A stretch of 64,000 nucleotides of DNA from positions 3,711 through 67,710 of the forward strand of contig MHBF01000093.1 in NCBI GenBank assembly GCA_001803225.1, read 5' to 3'. This document shows positions 47,953 to 57,013 of the stretch, piece after piece. Within the stretch, counting starts at the first letter, position 1. Each line of letters opens with the position of its first letter. This stretch comes from Lentisphaerae bacterium GWF2_44_16 (GTDB taxonomy: Bacteria; Verrucomicrobiota; Lentisphaeria; Victivallales; GWF2-45-14). A program made the translations under genes and the position numbers. A model generated the notes under the pieces. The model did not search any database. It was not told the origin of the DNA and saw only the letters and a program-made list of their open reading frames with translations.

Positions 47953-48726
47953 ATGAAACTGCCTTTTCACGATTATCATATACATACTGTTTATTCGGGA
48001 CATTCGGACCCGGATATGATAGTGTCTGATGTCATAAGATATGCCGAGGCAAGAGGCCTGGAAGAAATAGCTTTGACCGAGCATTCATTTGACTGGCACT
48101 TGGGGCCGGATGGAAATATGAAGCTCATAAAAAAGGAAATCAGGAAAGCCGCTCCGCGGATAAAGGTTTTTGCGGGAATGGAAATATGTCCTGATTTCAA
48201 GCATCCCGGCAGGCTTGTATATGAGGACTTCGACAAGGGCTCCATATATCCTGTATTGACGGGATTTCATTCTTATCCCGGTTTCGACAAGGGATGGCAT
48301 GAACTTCTGAACATGAGTCCCGCGGATAAGAAAAAAATATATTCCTCATGGCTCGGAATAATGGAAAAGGTTGTCGAAAACCCTCTTGTTGACATACTCG
48401 CGCATCCGTGCAGAATTATCATGCAGAATGGAATAGTCCGGGAATTCACCGGGCCCATACTGAAAGACCTGGAAAATCTGTTTATCGCCGCCAAAACCCG
48501 TGCTGTAGCGGTGGAACTCAATGAGGGGCTTTTCTGCAGGATAAACGGTGATAGGATAAGAAAGTCATATCTTGATGTATTTCGCCTGGCCATTGAGAAG
48601 GGCGTGAAAATTTCGATAGGGAGCGATTCACACAGGATACTTGATGTAGGCAATTTTGATAATATTTACTCTGCCGCCCTGGAGCTTGGCCTTAAAAAGA
48701 AAGATTTTCTAAGCCTTTCCCAATGA
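47953..48726 (+). CDS. PHP-domain phosphoesterase
   Basis: DYHIHTVYSGH, IALTEH, GME, ILAHP, VELN, IGSDSH. Confidence 0.88.
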   Translation: MKLPFHDYHIHTVYSGHSDPDMIVSDVIRYAEARGLEEIALTEHSFDWHLGPDGNMKLIKKEIRKAAPRIKVFAGMEICPDFKHPGRLVYEDFDKGSIYPVLTGFHSYPGFDKGWHELLNMSPADKKKIYSSWLGIMEKVVENPLVDILAHPCRIIMQNGIVREFTGPILKDLENLFIAAKTRAVAVELNEGLFCRINGDRIRKSYLDVFRLAIEKGVKISIGSDSHRILDVGNFDNIYSAALELGLKKKDFLSLSQ

Positions 48727-48727
48727 C

Positions 48728-51046
48728 TTACCAGGAGAAGCCCATATTGAAGTGGACGCGGAACTTGCTTTTGTATCCGTCCTGATTGTTAAGAATGGGA
48801 TAAGCCAAATCGATAGCTACGGGAGCATTTACGTAGGGCATTTTAATTCTGAGCCCGTAACCGGCGCCGATATTAATTCCTCCTATACCGTAACTGTATG
48901 AATTTTTCCATGCGTTACCGGCGTCAATAAATACGGCGCCACGGATGAATTCCCAGATGGGATGTGTCATTTCGGAGGTAAGAAGCAGCATGGACTGTCC
49001 GCCTACGGCCACCTGTTCACCGTCAGCATCGGCTGTAGGGGAGACGTTTCTCCACGGAAACCCCCTGATGGAATCGCCGCCGCCAAGGAAATAACGTTCA
49101 TAGAGAGGCACCTCTTTACTCCTGTTAAAATCGCTAACTGTGCCGATTTTGCCGCCGAAGTGGAATATCAGGGCCTTGTCCAGCAGAGAGCAGTATTGAC
49201 TGGCACGGGCTTCAAGGCGGTAATAGTTATGAGCTCCGCCGAGGGCCTGTGATGAGAGTTCGGAGAGAGCGCTCACGAGATAGCCGGAAGTAGGGTCTGT
49301 CAGGCTGTCTCTTGTGTCGCGCGCTATTCCCAGGGACAATGCGCCAACGAGTTCTGATTTTTCAGCGTCGAGCAGTTCCTGAGGCATCCAGCTTTCCATT
49401 TTGTGCACTCTTACGTTTTCAAAGCGGTAGCCTGCGGTAACGGTTGTAAATTCATCAAAGAATTTTTTAGCCAGTGAAGCTTTGATGCCGAGCCGCTGCT
49501 CCTGCCAGTATTCGTAAATTACATTGTTCAGGTATCCGTTAACATCCAGCTTCAACGGCATATCCATGAGCCATGGCTCCATGAAATTGATATTGAAATC
49601 ATAGCGTTTTAATCCGATAAAGGCTTGTGCTCTTACGCGCTGCCCGCCGCCCTGAAAATAATTTTCGGGATCTGTTATATCAAAATTAGTCTGGCTCAAT
49701 TCAACCATGCCGAGTAAGCTGTCAGTATCGGAAAAGCCGCCGCCGACCTTGAAATGCGCCGTACTTTTTTCTTTGACATTGAAGCTGATATCTTTTTTGC
49801 CCTGTTCTCCTGAATTGACGGTCATGGTTTCAACTTCTTCAAAGTAGCCCATGCCCATCAGTCGCGATTTGCTTGCCTCAATACGATTCTTGTCCACAGG
49901 GTCGCCCGGCTGAATTGCGAGTTCCCTGCGGATGATTTTGTCCTTTGTAACTTTATTTCCGGAGATGTTTACATCGTTGACGGTGTAGATTACGCCTTCC
50001 CTTATGTGATATTCTATGTTTACTATATGCGTTTTATAATCAGGTATTCTTACAACGCGACAGCTAAAGTCCGCATAGCCGAGTGAAGCATATCTGTCGG
50101 TTATTGCTTCCACATCACCTTTTTCCGTTCTGTTGTCATAGACATTGCCGCTTGTGAGCCTCAGCATTTCCAAAATCTGATCTTCTGTGAATTCCTTGTT
50201 CCCTATGATTTTCACAGAGCCTACAACATAGGGCTCGCCTTCAAAAAGCTTGAACGTTATATTCACATATTCAGGGTTGCCTGCTTCTTCGACAACATCA
50301 ATGCTCTCGACTTTGAAGTCAAGATAACCCTTATTCCAGTAAAGTTCGCGGAGCCTTAATTTGTCATTCTGAAATTCGTTTCTGTTCAGGAGACCGACAT
50401 CAAGCAGCCAGCTGAAATACGAGTACTGATTGGCTATGGTATGCCTGAGTTTCCAACCCGAATAAACGGTAGCTCCCTCAAAAATGACATTGTCTATTTT
50501 AAGTTTCAGATGTTCATCTATTTTGAAAACGACATTCAGGTATCCCTTTTCGGATTCCCTTACTTCCGGCATAACAGTGGCATCGTTGTAACCTTCGGCA
50601 AGATAGAATTTACGGAGTTTTGCCGCGCTTTCCTTCAGTTTAGCGTCGTTCAGGGGGACATCTGTTACCATTGTTATTTCTTTCATCAGCTTATCTGAAC
50701 TGAACTTTTTATTTCCCTCGAAAATTATGGATTTAATGCGGGGTTTTGCTGTAGTTTTGAAGATAATATTTATTTTGCCGTCGGCTGTTTTGGAGGTTTC
50801 AGAGACCACATCCGAGAAGAAGCCCGTCGAGTAAAGGCGTTTTATGTCCTCGTTGAGGATTTTTTCATCAAAATTTTCTCCGGATTTGAGCTGGATATTG
50901 AAGAAAAGCATCTGGTCGGGGAAAGTATATCCTTCAGCCTGCTCGAAAATGATTTTGTCAATTTCTTCGGAAAATGCCGGAAAAACGGCAAAAAGCATAA
51001 GTGCCGCAAGGACTGTGATAAATTTTATTGTGCTTTTTTTTTCCAT
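48728..51046 (-). CDS. bamA: Outer membrane protein assembly factor
   Basis: Five POTRA-like repeats; ERYFLGGGDSIRGF; C-terminal FNMGFSW. Confidence 0.95.
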   Translation of the reverse strand: MEKKSTIKFITVLAALMLFAVFPAFSEEIDKIIFEQAEGYTFPDQMLFFNIQLKSGENFDEKILNEDIKRLYSTGFFSDVVSETSKTADGKINIIFKTTAKPRIKSIIFEGNKKFSSDKLMKEITMVTDVPLNDAKLKESAAKLRKFYLAEGYNDATVMPEVRESEKGYLNVVFKIDEHLKLKIDNVIFEGATVYSGWKLRHTIANQYSYFSWLLDVGLLNRNEFQNDKLRLRELYWNKGYLDFKVESIDVVEEAGNPEYVNITFKLFEGEPYVVGSVKIIGNKEFTEDQILEMLRLTSGNVYDNRTEKGDVEAITDRYASLGYADFSCRVVRIPDYKTHIVNIEYHIREGVIYTVNDVNISGNKVTKDKIIRRELAIQPGDPVDKNRIEASKSRLMGMGYFEEVETMTVNSGEQGKKDISFNVKEKSTAHFKVGGGFSDTDSLLGMVELSQTNFDITDPENYFQGGGQRVRAQAFIGLKRYDFNINFMEPWLMDMPLKLDVNGYLNNVIYEYWQEQRLGIKASLAKKFFDEFTTVTAGYRFENVRVHKMESWMPQELLDAEKSELVGALSLGIARDTRDSLTDPTSGYLVSALSELSSQALGGAHNYYRLEARASQYCSLLDKALIFHFGGKIGTVSDFNRSKEVPLYERYFLGGGDSIRGFPWRNVSPTADADGEQVAVGGQSMLLLTSEMTHPIWEFIRGAVFIDAGNAWKNSYSYGIGGINIGAGYGLRIKMPYVNAPVAIDLAYPILNNQDGYKSKFRVHFNMGFSW

Positions 51047-51070
51047 TGCTGTCTTCCAGCGGTTTCAGAG

Positions 51071-52522
51071 TTAGCGTTCTTCAGGTTCTGACGGTTTATC
51101 GTCATCACCATAACGATGTTTAGCGTTAAGAGTAAACAACATAGTCTTTGGCCGGAAAGTCAAATGAACTATACCTATTCTGCCGTTTCTGTTTTTTTCA
51201 ACTATAAGTTCTGCATCCACGCCGTTTTTATTAATTTCTTTTTCATTTTCTTTGAGATCATCGCGGTCCCTGTGAAGAAATGTCACGATGTCGGCATCCT
51301 GTTCAATGGCACCGGATTCTCTAAGATGGCTGAGCTTAGGGCGGGCTTTGGCGGAAGTGCCCTTTTCAATTTCACGGTTGAGCTGCGCGAGCACCAGCAC
51401 GGGGACATGTAAATCCTTGGCCAGTTTTTTAATGCCGCTTGATATTTCGGCGACTTCCTGTTGCCTGCTGTCGACTTTCCAGCCGGCTTTCATAAGCTGA
51501 AGATAGTCTATGACTATCAACTCAATCTTGTTCATTTTTTTAAGACGGTTGGCTTTTGCCCTGAGTTCCGAAATTGTCAATCCGCCTGTGGGATCGACGA
51601 ATATCTGCGCCTTTTTCAGTGTTGAAACAGCTCTTGTCAGCTTTGACATGTCCGAGGCCTTGAACGAACCGTCAAAAAAAGTACTTTCCGAGACCTCCGC
51701 TTCTGTACTCAAAAGCCTTCTGGTAATCTGGTCAGCCGTCATTTCCAGGCTGAAAAAGGCCACGGGACGTCCGCCGCCTTTTTTCAGCGCCACATTCCTG
51801 ATGATATTAAGCGCCAGGGATGTTTTGCCTATGGAAGGTCTCGCCGCGAGGACGAACATTTCGCCGGGTTTAAGACCGACGACAAGGTCGTCGAGGTCTT
51901 TAAAGCCTGTCGGTATGCCGACTTCGACCTCCTTATTGATTATTTTCTGTACGTTCTCGAAAACCTCTGTTATGTAGGAGCTGAGGTCAAGTATCTCAGG
52001 CTTTACATTTTTGTAGCGGACATCCAGGATTTCACTTTCTATCTTGTCTATGAGTTCCCCTACTTCCGTATCCACTTCAAAGCATTTTGTCAGGGATTCG
52101 GAGCATACGTTTATCATTCCGCGGAGTATGGAATAATCACGTACTATGCCGCACCACGTTTCAATATTCGCGGTGGTTGCTATGGTGTCCTGCAATTCAA
52201 CAAGAAAAATTCTGCCGCCTATTTCCTCAAGCTTGTTTTCAGCATTGAGCGCGTTGGCCACTGATATGAGATCAACTCCTTTTTTTTCGTCATGGAGTTT
52301 TTTTATGCATTTGAAAAGGGCCCTGTGGGCCGGAGAATAAAATGCCTCCTCCGAGCCGAGCTTTTCAATTGCAAAATCAATACAGAAATCAGGCTCAAGA
52401 AGCATGGAGGCAAGTATGGCTTTTTCAGCGTCAAGATCATTGGGCTGAGGCCTGTCTTCATGCAAAATTCCCGGAGCGCGTTTCTGGTTTCTGTCTTGAT
52501 AATTTGTCCTGTTTTCGGCCAT
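51071..52522 (-). CDS. dnaB: Replicative DNA helicase
   Basis: LAARPSIGKT, FSLEM, VIDYLQL, LAQLNR, LRESGAIEQDAD, KNRNG. Confidence 0.98.
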   Translation of the reverse strand: MAENRTNYQDRNQKRAPGILHEDRPQPNDLDAEKAILASMLLEPDFCIDFAIEKLGSEEAFYSPAHRALFKCIKKLHDEKKGVDLISVANALNAENKLEEIGGRIFLVELQDTIATTANIETWCGIVRDYSILRGMINVCSESLTKCFEVDTEVGELIDKIESEILDVRYKNVKPEILDLSSYITEVFENVQKIINKEVEVGIPTGFKDLDDLVVGLKPGEMFVLAARPSIGKTSLALNIIRNVALKKGGGRPVAFFSLEMTADQITRRLLSTEAEVSESTFFDGSFKASDMSKLTRAVSTLKKAQIFVDPTGGLTISELRAKANRLKKMNKIELIVIDYLQLMKAGWKVDSRQQEVAEISSGIKKLAKDLHVPVLVLAQLNREIEKGTSAKARPKLSHLRESGAIEQDADIVTFLHRDRDDLKENEKEINKNGVDAELIVEKNRNGRIGIVHLTFRPKTMLFTLNAKHRYGDDDKPSEPEER

Positions 52523-52524
52523 TT

Positions 52525-52977
52525 TCAGACGCGTACAATTGACAATTTAAGGGTTGCCGTTATTTCAGAATGCAGTTTTATGTCAATATTGAAAGTACCA
52601 AGTTCCCTTATGTGACCATCCAGCCTTATGCGATGATGTTCTATCTGTATTCCTTTTTCCGCAAGTTTTTCCGCTATTACGCGATTTGTAACCGAACCGA
52701 AAAGCCTGTTGTCGTCGGAAGCCTCCATTTGGATGGTAACTTCGTTTTCAGCTATTTTGGAAGCAAGGGATTTTGCGCCTTCGAGTTCCTCTTTGCGGTG
52801 TTCCTCGATTTTTTCCTTGCGTGCGGCAAGCTGGCGCAGCGCGCCCTGTGATGCGGTTGCCGCAAGCTTGCGGGGAACAAGATAATTCCTGGCATAACCG
52901 GGGGACACGCTGATCTCCTCTCCGGCAAGGCCCAGATTCTCAACATCTTCAAGTAAAATCAATTTTACAGAAGCCAT
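52525..52977 (-). CDS. rplI: 50S ribosomal protein L9
   Basis: LGLAGE..VSPGYARNYLVP, LFGSVT. Confidence 0.98.
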   Translation of the reverse strand: MASVKLILLEDVENLGLAGEEISVSPGYARNYLVPRKLAATASQGALRQLAARKEKIEEHRKEELEGAKSLASKIAENEVTIQMEASDDNRLFGSVTNRVIAEKLAEKGIQIEHHRIRLDGHIRELGTFNIDIKLHSEITATLKLSIVRV

Positions 52978-53050
52978 AAATATTTCTCCTTAAAAAAACT
53001 CGTCTCTTCTTTATAATTTAAAAAACATGTACAATAACGAATGCCCGTTT

Positions 53051-53281
53051 TTATAAAACGACGCTTATAATTCTGGCGCGTTTGATGGCGCAGCTAAGCA
53101 TTTTCTGATGTTTCAGGCATGTACCCGTGATTCTGCGCGGAAGTATTCTGCCTTTTTCCGTCTGGAATTTTCTGAGAAGCTCTGCGTCCTTGAAGTCCAC
53201 ATAGTTCACTTTCGCTTCACACAAACGGCATATTTTAGGAGTAACCGTTTTCCTTACTCTCCTCTTTCTGTTGTTCTGCAT
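53051..53281 (-). CDS. rpsR: 30S ribosomal protein S18 (Cys-containing, Zn-binding type)
   Basis: [29 protein letters not shown]. Confidence 0.98.
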   Translation of the reverse strand: MQNNRKRRVRKTVTPKICRLCEAKVNYVDFKDAELLRKFQTEKGRILPRRITGTCLKHQKMLSCAIKRARIISVVL

Positions 53282-53340
53282 ATCTTTTCTTTCTCCTGTT
53301 TATTTATATATATTTTTGATTGAATAACTGTTTTACATTC

Positions 53341-53910
53341 TTAAAACGGTATGTCATCTTCGACTTCACCGTTTTCGACGTCAAAAGCGCCTTCCGGCAT
53401 TGGGGGCGGCGCGGTTTCCGCGGCGGCGGGACGACGGGCCTGCTGCTGCTGAGGCGCTGACGCCTGCGGCGGCCTGCTTTTCTGCGGCTGCTGCCTGGGA
53501 GCGCTGTCTTCCCTGTAGCGCGGAGGACTGTTTTCGGCATACTCCTCTTCCGGGTTTTCCTGAGCGCCGTTCCGTTCAGGGGAACGCGACAAAAACTGGA
53601 CTCTTTCAGCGACTATGCGGAGCTTTGAGCGTTTTGCGCCTGTCTCCTTGTCATCCCACTGATCAAATTGGAGACGTCCCTCCACAAAAATAGGGGAACC
53701 TTTTTCCAGAAAACGTTCGCAGCTTTCAGCCTGTTTACCCCAGACTACGATATCCACGAAACAGGTTTCTTCCTTTTCCTGTCCTCCCGCGCTGAACTTC
53801 CGGTTTATAGCCAGACCGAATTCGCAGACGGCAGTGCCACCGGGCGTGAAACGCAGGGCGGGCTCTCTCGTGAGGTTTCCCATCAGAAAAACTTTATTTA
53901 GAGATGCCAT
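53341..53910 (-). CDS. ssb: Single-stranded DNA-binding protein
   Basis: NKVFLMGNLTREP, VEGRL, C-terminal DDIPF. Confidence 0.98.
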   Translation of the reverse strand: MASLNKVFLMGNLTREPALRFTPGGTAVCEFGLAINRKFSAGGQEKEETCFVDIVVWGKQAESCERFLEKGSPIFVEGRLQFDQWDDKETGAKRSKLRIVAERVQFLSRSPERNGAQENPEEEYAENSPPRYREDSAPRQQPQKSRPPQASAPQQQQARRPAAAETAPPPMPEGAFDVENGEVEDDIPF

Positions 53911-53925
53911 TATGTTCTCCGAAAA

Positions 53926-54249
53926 TTATATGTTTTTTCCTTCGATTGCCTTTTCCGGGCGCTCGTAGTTTATTATCATTGAGCGGAGTATGCGCTCGTC
54001 AAGTTGAAATTTATTCTTGATGACTGATATCTTATCAGGGTCAACAGAAAAAACATAATTCCAGTAAACACCGGCCTTTGAACCATTGATTTCACGGGCG
54101 AATTGTTTTCTTCCCATCGGAACGGAAAGGTCCATTGTTCCGCCGTTTTTTTCAATCAGGCCTGTTATTTCCTCGGTAAAAGACTTGCCTTCGTCCTCCA
54201 CTTTGCGGATTTCGAGAATAAATACTGCTTCGTACTTCTTCAAATTCAT
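53926..54249 (-). CDS. rpsF: 30S ribosomal protein S6
   Basis: KKYEAVFIL, MGRKQFAREI, ILRSMII; rpsF-ssb-rpsR-rplI synteny. Confidence 0.92.
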   Translation of the reverse strand: MNLKKYEAVFILEIRKVEDEGKSFTEEITGLIEKNGGTMDLSVPMGRKQFAREINGSKAGVYWNYVFSVDPDKISVIKNKFQLDERILRSMIINYERPEKAIEGKNI

Positions 54250-54902
54250 TCCTCCGTTATGTTTTGTTTATCAGTAATATTACTGTTTTTATTCTTATCG
54301 GTGTCCCCGAACTCCATTGGGACCCCGTTAACTTCGTTCATTGCCTTATTTATGCCTCTGTAAAGCATTGTCCTGACGGCTTCCGCCGCTTTCCCGATTA
54401 TCTTCGGGAACAAAAGCTTTTCTTCTTCTGAAAAGCCCGAGAGAACATAATCAATTCCTTCGCGTCCTTCAGGGCGTCCTATGCCTATCCTCAGCCTGAC
54501 GAAATCAGAAGAGCCTGTTTCGGCTATTACTGATTCAACGCCCTTATGTCCGCCGCTTCCGCCTCCCTTGCGTATCCTTATCCGCCCGAACGGCAAGTCC
54601 AGATCGTCATAAATCAGCAAAAGCTCAGAAACCGCTATTTTATGATAACTCATGAGCCCGGCGACAGCCTTGCCGCTCAGATTCATATATGTCATCGGTT
54701 TCTGAATGAAAAGCATCTCACCCTTGAAACGCCCTTTCCAGAAAACACCTGAAAAGCCTTCATGTCTGTTGTAAGTCCCCGGCAATATTCCGGGCAGACT
54801 GTCAACTGCCGCGAAACCCGCGTTATGACGGGTATTTTCATATTCCCTTCCGGGATTGCCAAGGCCCGTGATAAGTGCTAATCGTTCTGTCGACATTATC
54901 AT
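54246..54902 (-). CDS. pth: Peptidyl-tRNA hydrolase
   Basis: GLGNPG..YENTRHNAGF, KPMTYMNLSG, DDLDLP, GGHKG, RLRIGIGRP. Confidence 0.97.
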   Translation of the reverse strand: MIMSTERLALITGLGNPGREYENTRHNAGFAAVDSLPGILPGTYNRHEGFSGVFWKGRFKGEMLFIQKPMTYMNLSGKAVAGLMSYHKIAVSELLLIYDDLDLPFGRIRIRKGGGSGGHKGVESVIAETGSSDFVRLRIGIGRPEGREGIDYVLSGFSEEEKLLFPKIIGKAAEAVRTMLYRGINKAMNEVNGVPMEFGDTDKNKNSNITDKQNITEE

Positions 54903-54945
54903 AAACTTTCAGGCAGACAGCTGAAAGAAGCACAATTTCCTTATG

Positions 54946-55689
54946 TTATTTCTTTTTATCAGCCTTAGCATCGCTCTTGGCGTCGCCTTTGGCATCTTTA
55001 GCGTCTTTGGCGTCAGCTTTGGCGTCGCCTTTGGCATCGGCTTTAGCGTCACCTGCCGCCGCGCCTTCAGCGCCTTCAGCCGGGGTTGCGCCTTCAGCAC
55101 CTTCAGCGGCCGCGGTAGCGGATTCTTCTGCGGCCTGTATGCCTACATGGAATACTATGCCGTTAGGATCACTTACAGCCGTAACGCCGCCAGGCATAAC
55201 GATTTCTCTGACATGAAGAGACTGTTCGAGCTCGATTTTGCTGATATCTACTTCTATGCTTTCCGGGAGATCGCCGGGCAGACAGGAAACCTCGATTTCG
55301 TGCATCGGCTGTTCCAGAATACCGCCCATTGAAAGGCCGACCGGTACTGTGCCGGGCATGGCATATATGGAAATAAACGCTGTAATTACTTCGTCCATCC
55401 TGACTTCCTGAAAATCTATATGGAGTACATTGCCTTTCAGAAAATCTTCCTGAATTTCCTTTATCAGGGCTTTGCAGAGTTCGCCGTTTTCTTTTTTCAG
55501 GTCAACGAGTTTAACGTCGTGCTTTGCTACATGCCCCCACTCCCTGGCGTCAATTATGAGGTTCTTATTTTCCTTGCCTTTGCAATAAATTATTGCCGGT
55601 ATCGATCCGGTGCGGCGTGATCTGCGGGAAAAACCTTTCCCTGTCTCTGTGCGTTCCTTTACATTTATAACGTGCTGTTCTTTCTTCAT
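54946..55689 (-). CDS. rplY: 50S ribosomal protein L25/CTC with low-complexity tail
   Basis: GKGFSRRSRR.G.IPAIIY, LHIDF, GGIL.Q, LPESIEVDIS; AEG and DAK repeat tail. Confidence 0.95.
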   Translation of the reverse strand: MKKEQHVINVKERTETGKGFSRRSRRTGSIPAIIYCKGKENKNLIIDAREWGHVAKHDVKLVDLKKENGELCKALIKEIQEDFLKGNVLHIDFQEVRMDEVITAFISIYAMPGTVPVGLSMGGILEQPMHEIEVSCLPGDLPESIEVDISKIELEQSLHVREIVMPGGVTAVSDPNGIVFHVGIQAAEESATAAAEGAEGATPAEGAEGAAAGDAKADAKGDAKADAKDAKDAKGDAKSDAKADKKK

Positions 55690-55716
55690 CTCAATTTCCT
55701 TATTTTTATTGGTCTA

Positions 55717-56679
55717 TTATTCTTTTATTTTAAAGAGGGAAGAAACCGATTCTCCCTCATGAATACGCTTGATGGCCTCACCGAGCAGAGGCGCGACGCT
55801 GTAAACTTTGACTTTGCCGCCGCAGGTGTCGCTTACAGGCACGGCGTCAGTGGTGAGAATTTCCTTTATGCAGCTGCTTGAAATAAGGGCGCGGCCCCTT
55901 TCGTTTAAAAGGCAGTGTGATATCGCGGCATAAATTTCTTTAGCCCCTTCTTTTTTGAGGAGCTCGGCGGCGGCAACGAGCGTTCCCGCGGTTGAAGTCA
56001 AATCATCGGTGATGACGCAGGTCCTGCCTTCGACTTCGCCTACCAGATGGGATGAGGCTACGGCTTTGGCGTCGATTCTTCTTTTCGCCACGACGGCAAG
56101 TCCGGCGTTGAGCATATCGCAGTAAGCTGTCGCCATTTTGACGCTGCCCGAATCGGGAGAAACCACTACGGCGTCTTCACCTATTTTTTCCTTTATATAA
56201 GGTACGAGCATGGGCCTGGCATAAAGATGATCGACAGGAATATCAAAAAAGCCCTGTATCTGCTGTGAATGTAAATCCATCGCGAGTATCCTGTCCGCGC
56301 CGGCTACTGTCAGAAGGTTTGCCACCAGTTTCGCCGTTATCGGCACTCTGGGTTTATCTTTTCTGTCCTGCCTGGCATAACCGAAAAACGGCATTACCGC
56401 TGTTATTCTCGCCGCTGAAGCCCTTCTTGCCGCGTCTATCATTATGAGCAGTTCCATGAGGTTTTCATTTGGCGGCGCGCATGTCGGCTGGATGATGAAA
56501 ACATCAGCCCTGCGCATATTGTCCCGGTACTGGACAAAAATTTCTCCATCAGGGAAATGATTGATATCAACATGCCCGAGGGATGTATTGAGGTATTCGG
56601 CAATTGCCTGAGAAAGTTTTGGGTTCGCGGAACCTGAATATATCTGTATGTTCTCAAAGATGCTTACCATTTCAGTCAA
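55717..56679 (-). CDS. prs: Ribose-phosphate pyrophosphokinase
   Basis: FPDGE, PFFGYARQDRK, DLHSQQIQGFF, VVSPDSG, DDLTSTAGT. Confidence 0.97.
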   Translation of the reverse strand: MTEMVSIFENIQIYSGSANPKLSQAIAEYLNTSLGHVDINHFPDGEIFVQYRDNMRRADVFIIQPTCAPPNENLMELLIMIDAARRASAARITAVMPFFGYARQDRKDKPRVPITAKLVANLLTVAGADRILAMDLHSQQIQGFFDIPVDHLYARPMLVPYIKEKIGEDAVVVSPDSGSVKMATAYCDMLNAGLAVVAKRRIDAKAVASSHLVGEVEGRTCVITDDLTSTAGTLVAAAELLKKEGAKEIYAAISHCLLNERGRALISSSCIKEILTTDAVPVSDTCGGKVKVYSVAPLLGEAIKRIHEGESVSSLFKIKE

Positions 56680-56952
56680 CTCTCTTCCGGTTGTTTTCAG
56701 ACTTTTAGTTATCTATAATCTATATTTTACAGAACATACCATAACATAAGTCTCAACGGCAACCGTAAAAAACAGCCGACCTTGGCAGACTAAACCTTAT
56801 GGGTATTCCGGCATTCCGTTTTTCACGGCGCAATCGGAATAAATCCAATTTATATCATGGATTAAGGTTCCGCAAAAAGTCAACTAATATAACGGTCAAA
56901 GTACTTTCTGCAAACAAAATGTGGAAAAATTTCAATTTTTGCGAAAACGCTA

Positions 56953-56981
56953 TTGTTTTTTTGTTTAAGTTGTTCTATAAT
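56953..56981 (+). promoter_or_regulatory. Probable sigma70 promoter for the second pilin/CAZyme locus
   Basis: TTGTTT (56953-56958), N17, TATAAT (56976-56981). Confidence 0.55.
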
Positions 56982-57013
56982 TGTCCTGTTGAAATACAAA
57001 AAGAAGATGACTT

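Noticed and set aside
51071-52522. Intein in dnaB (also checked thyX)
   Set aside because: Both proteins have normal length and contiguous motifs.
54950-55115. Short tandem repeats (GGCGTCGCCTTTGGCATC, GCGCCTTCAGC) as CRISPR or VNTR
   Set aside because: They are in-frame codons of the low-complexity AEG/DAK tail of rplY, with no spacers and no cas genes.
56680-57013. tRNA-Gln often found upstream of prs
   Set aside because: No cloverleaf, T-loop GTTCGA or CCA end is visible on either strand.
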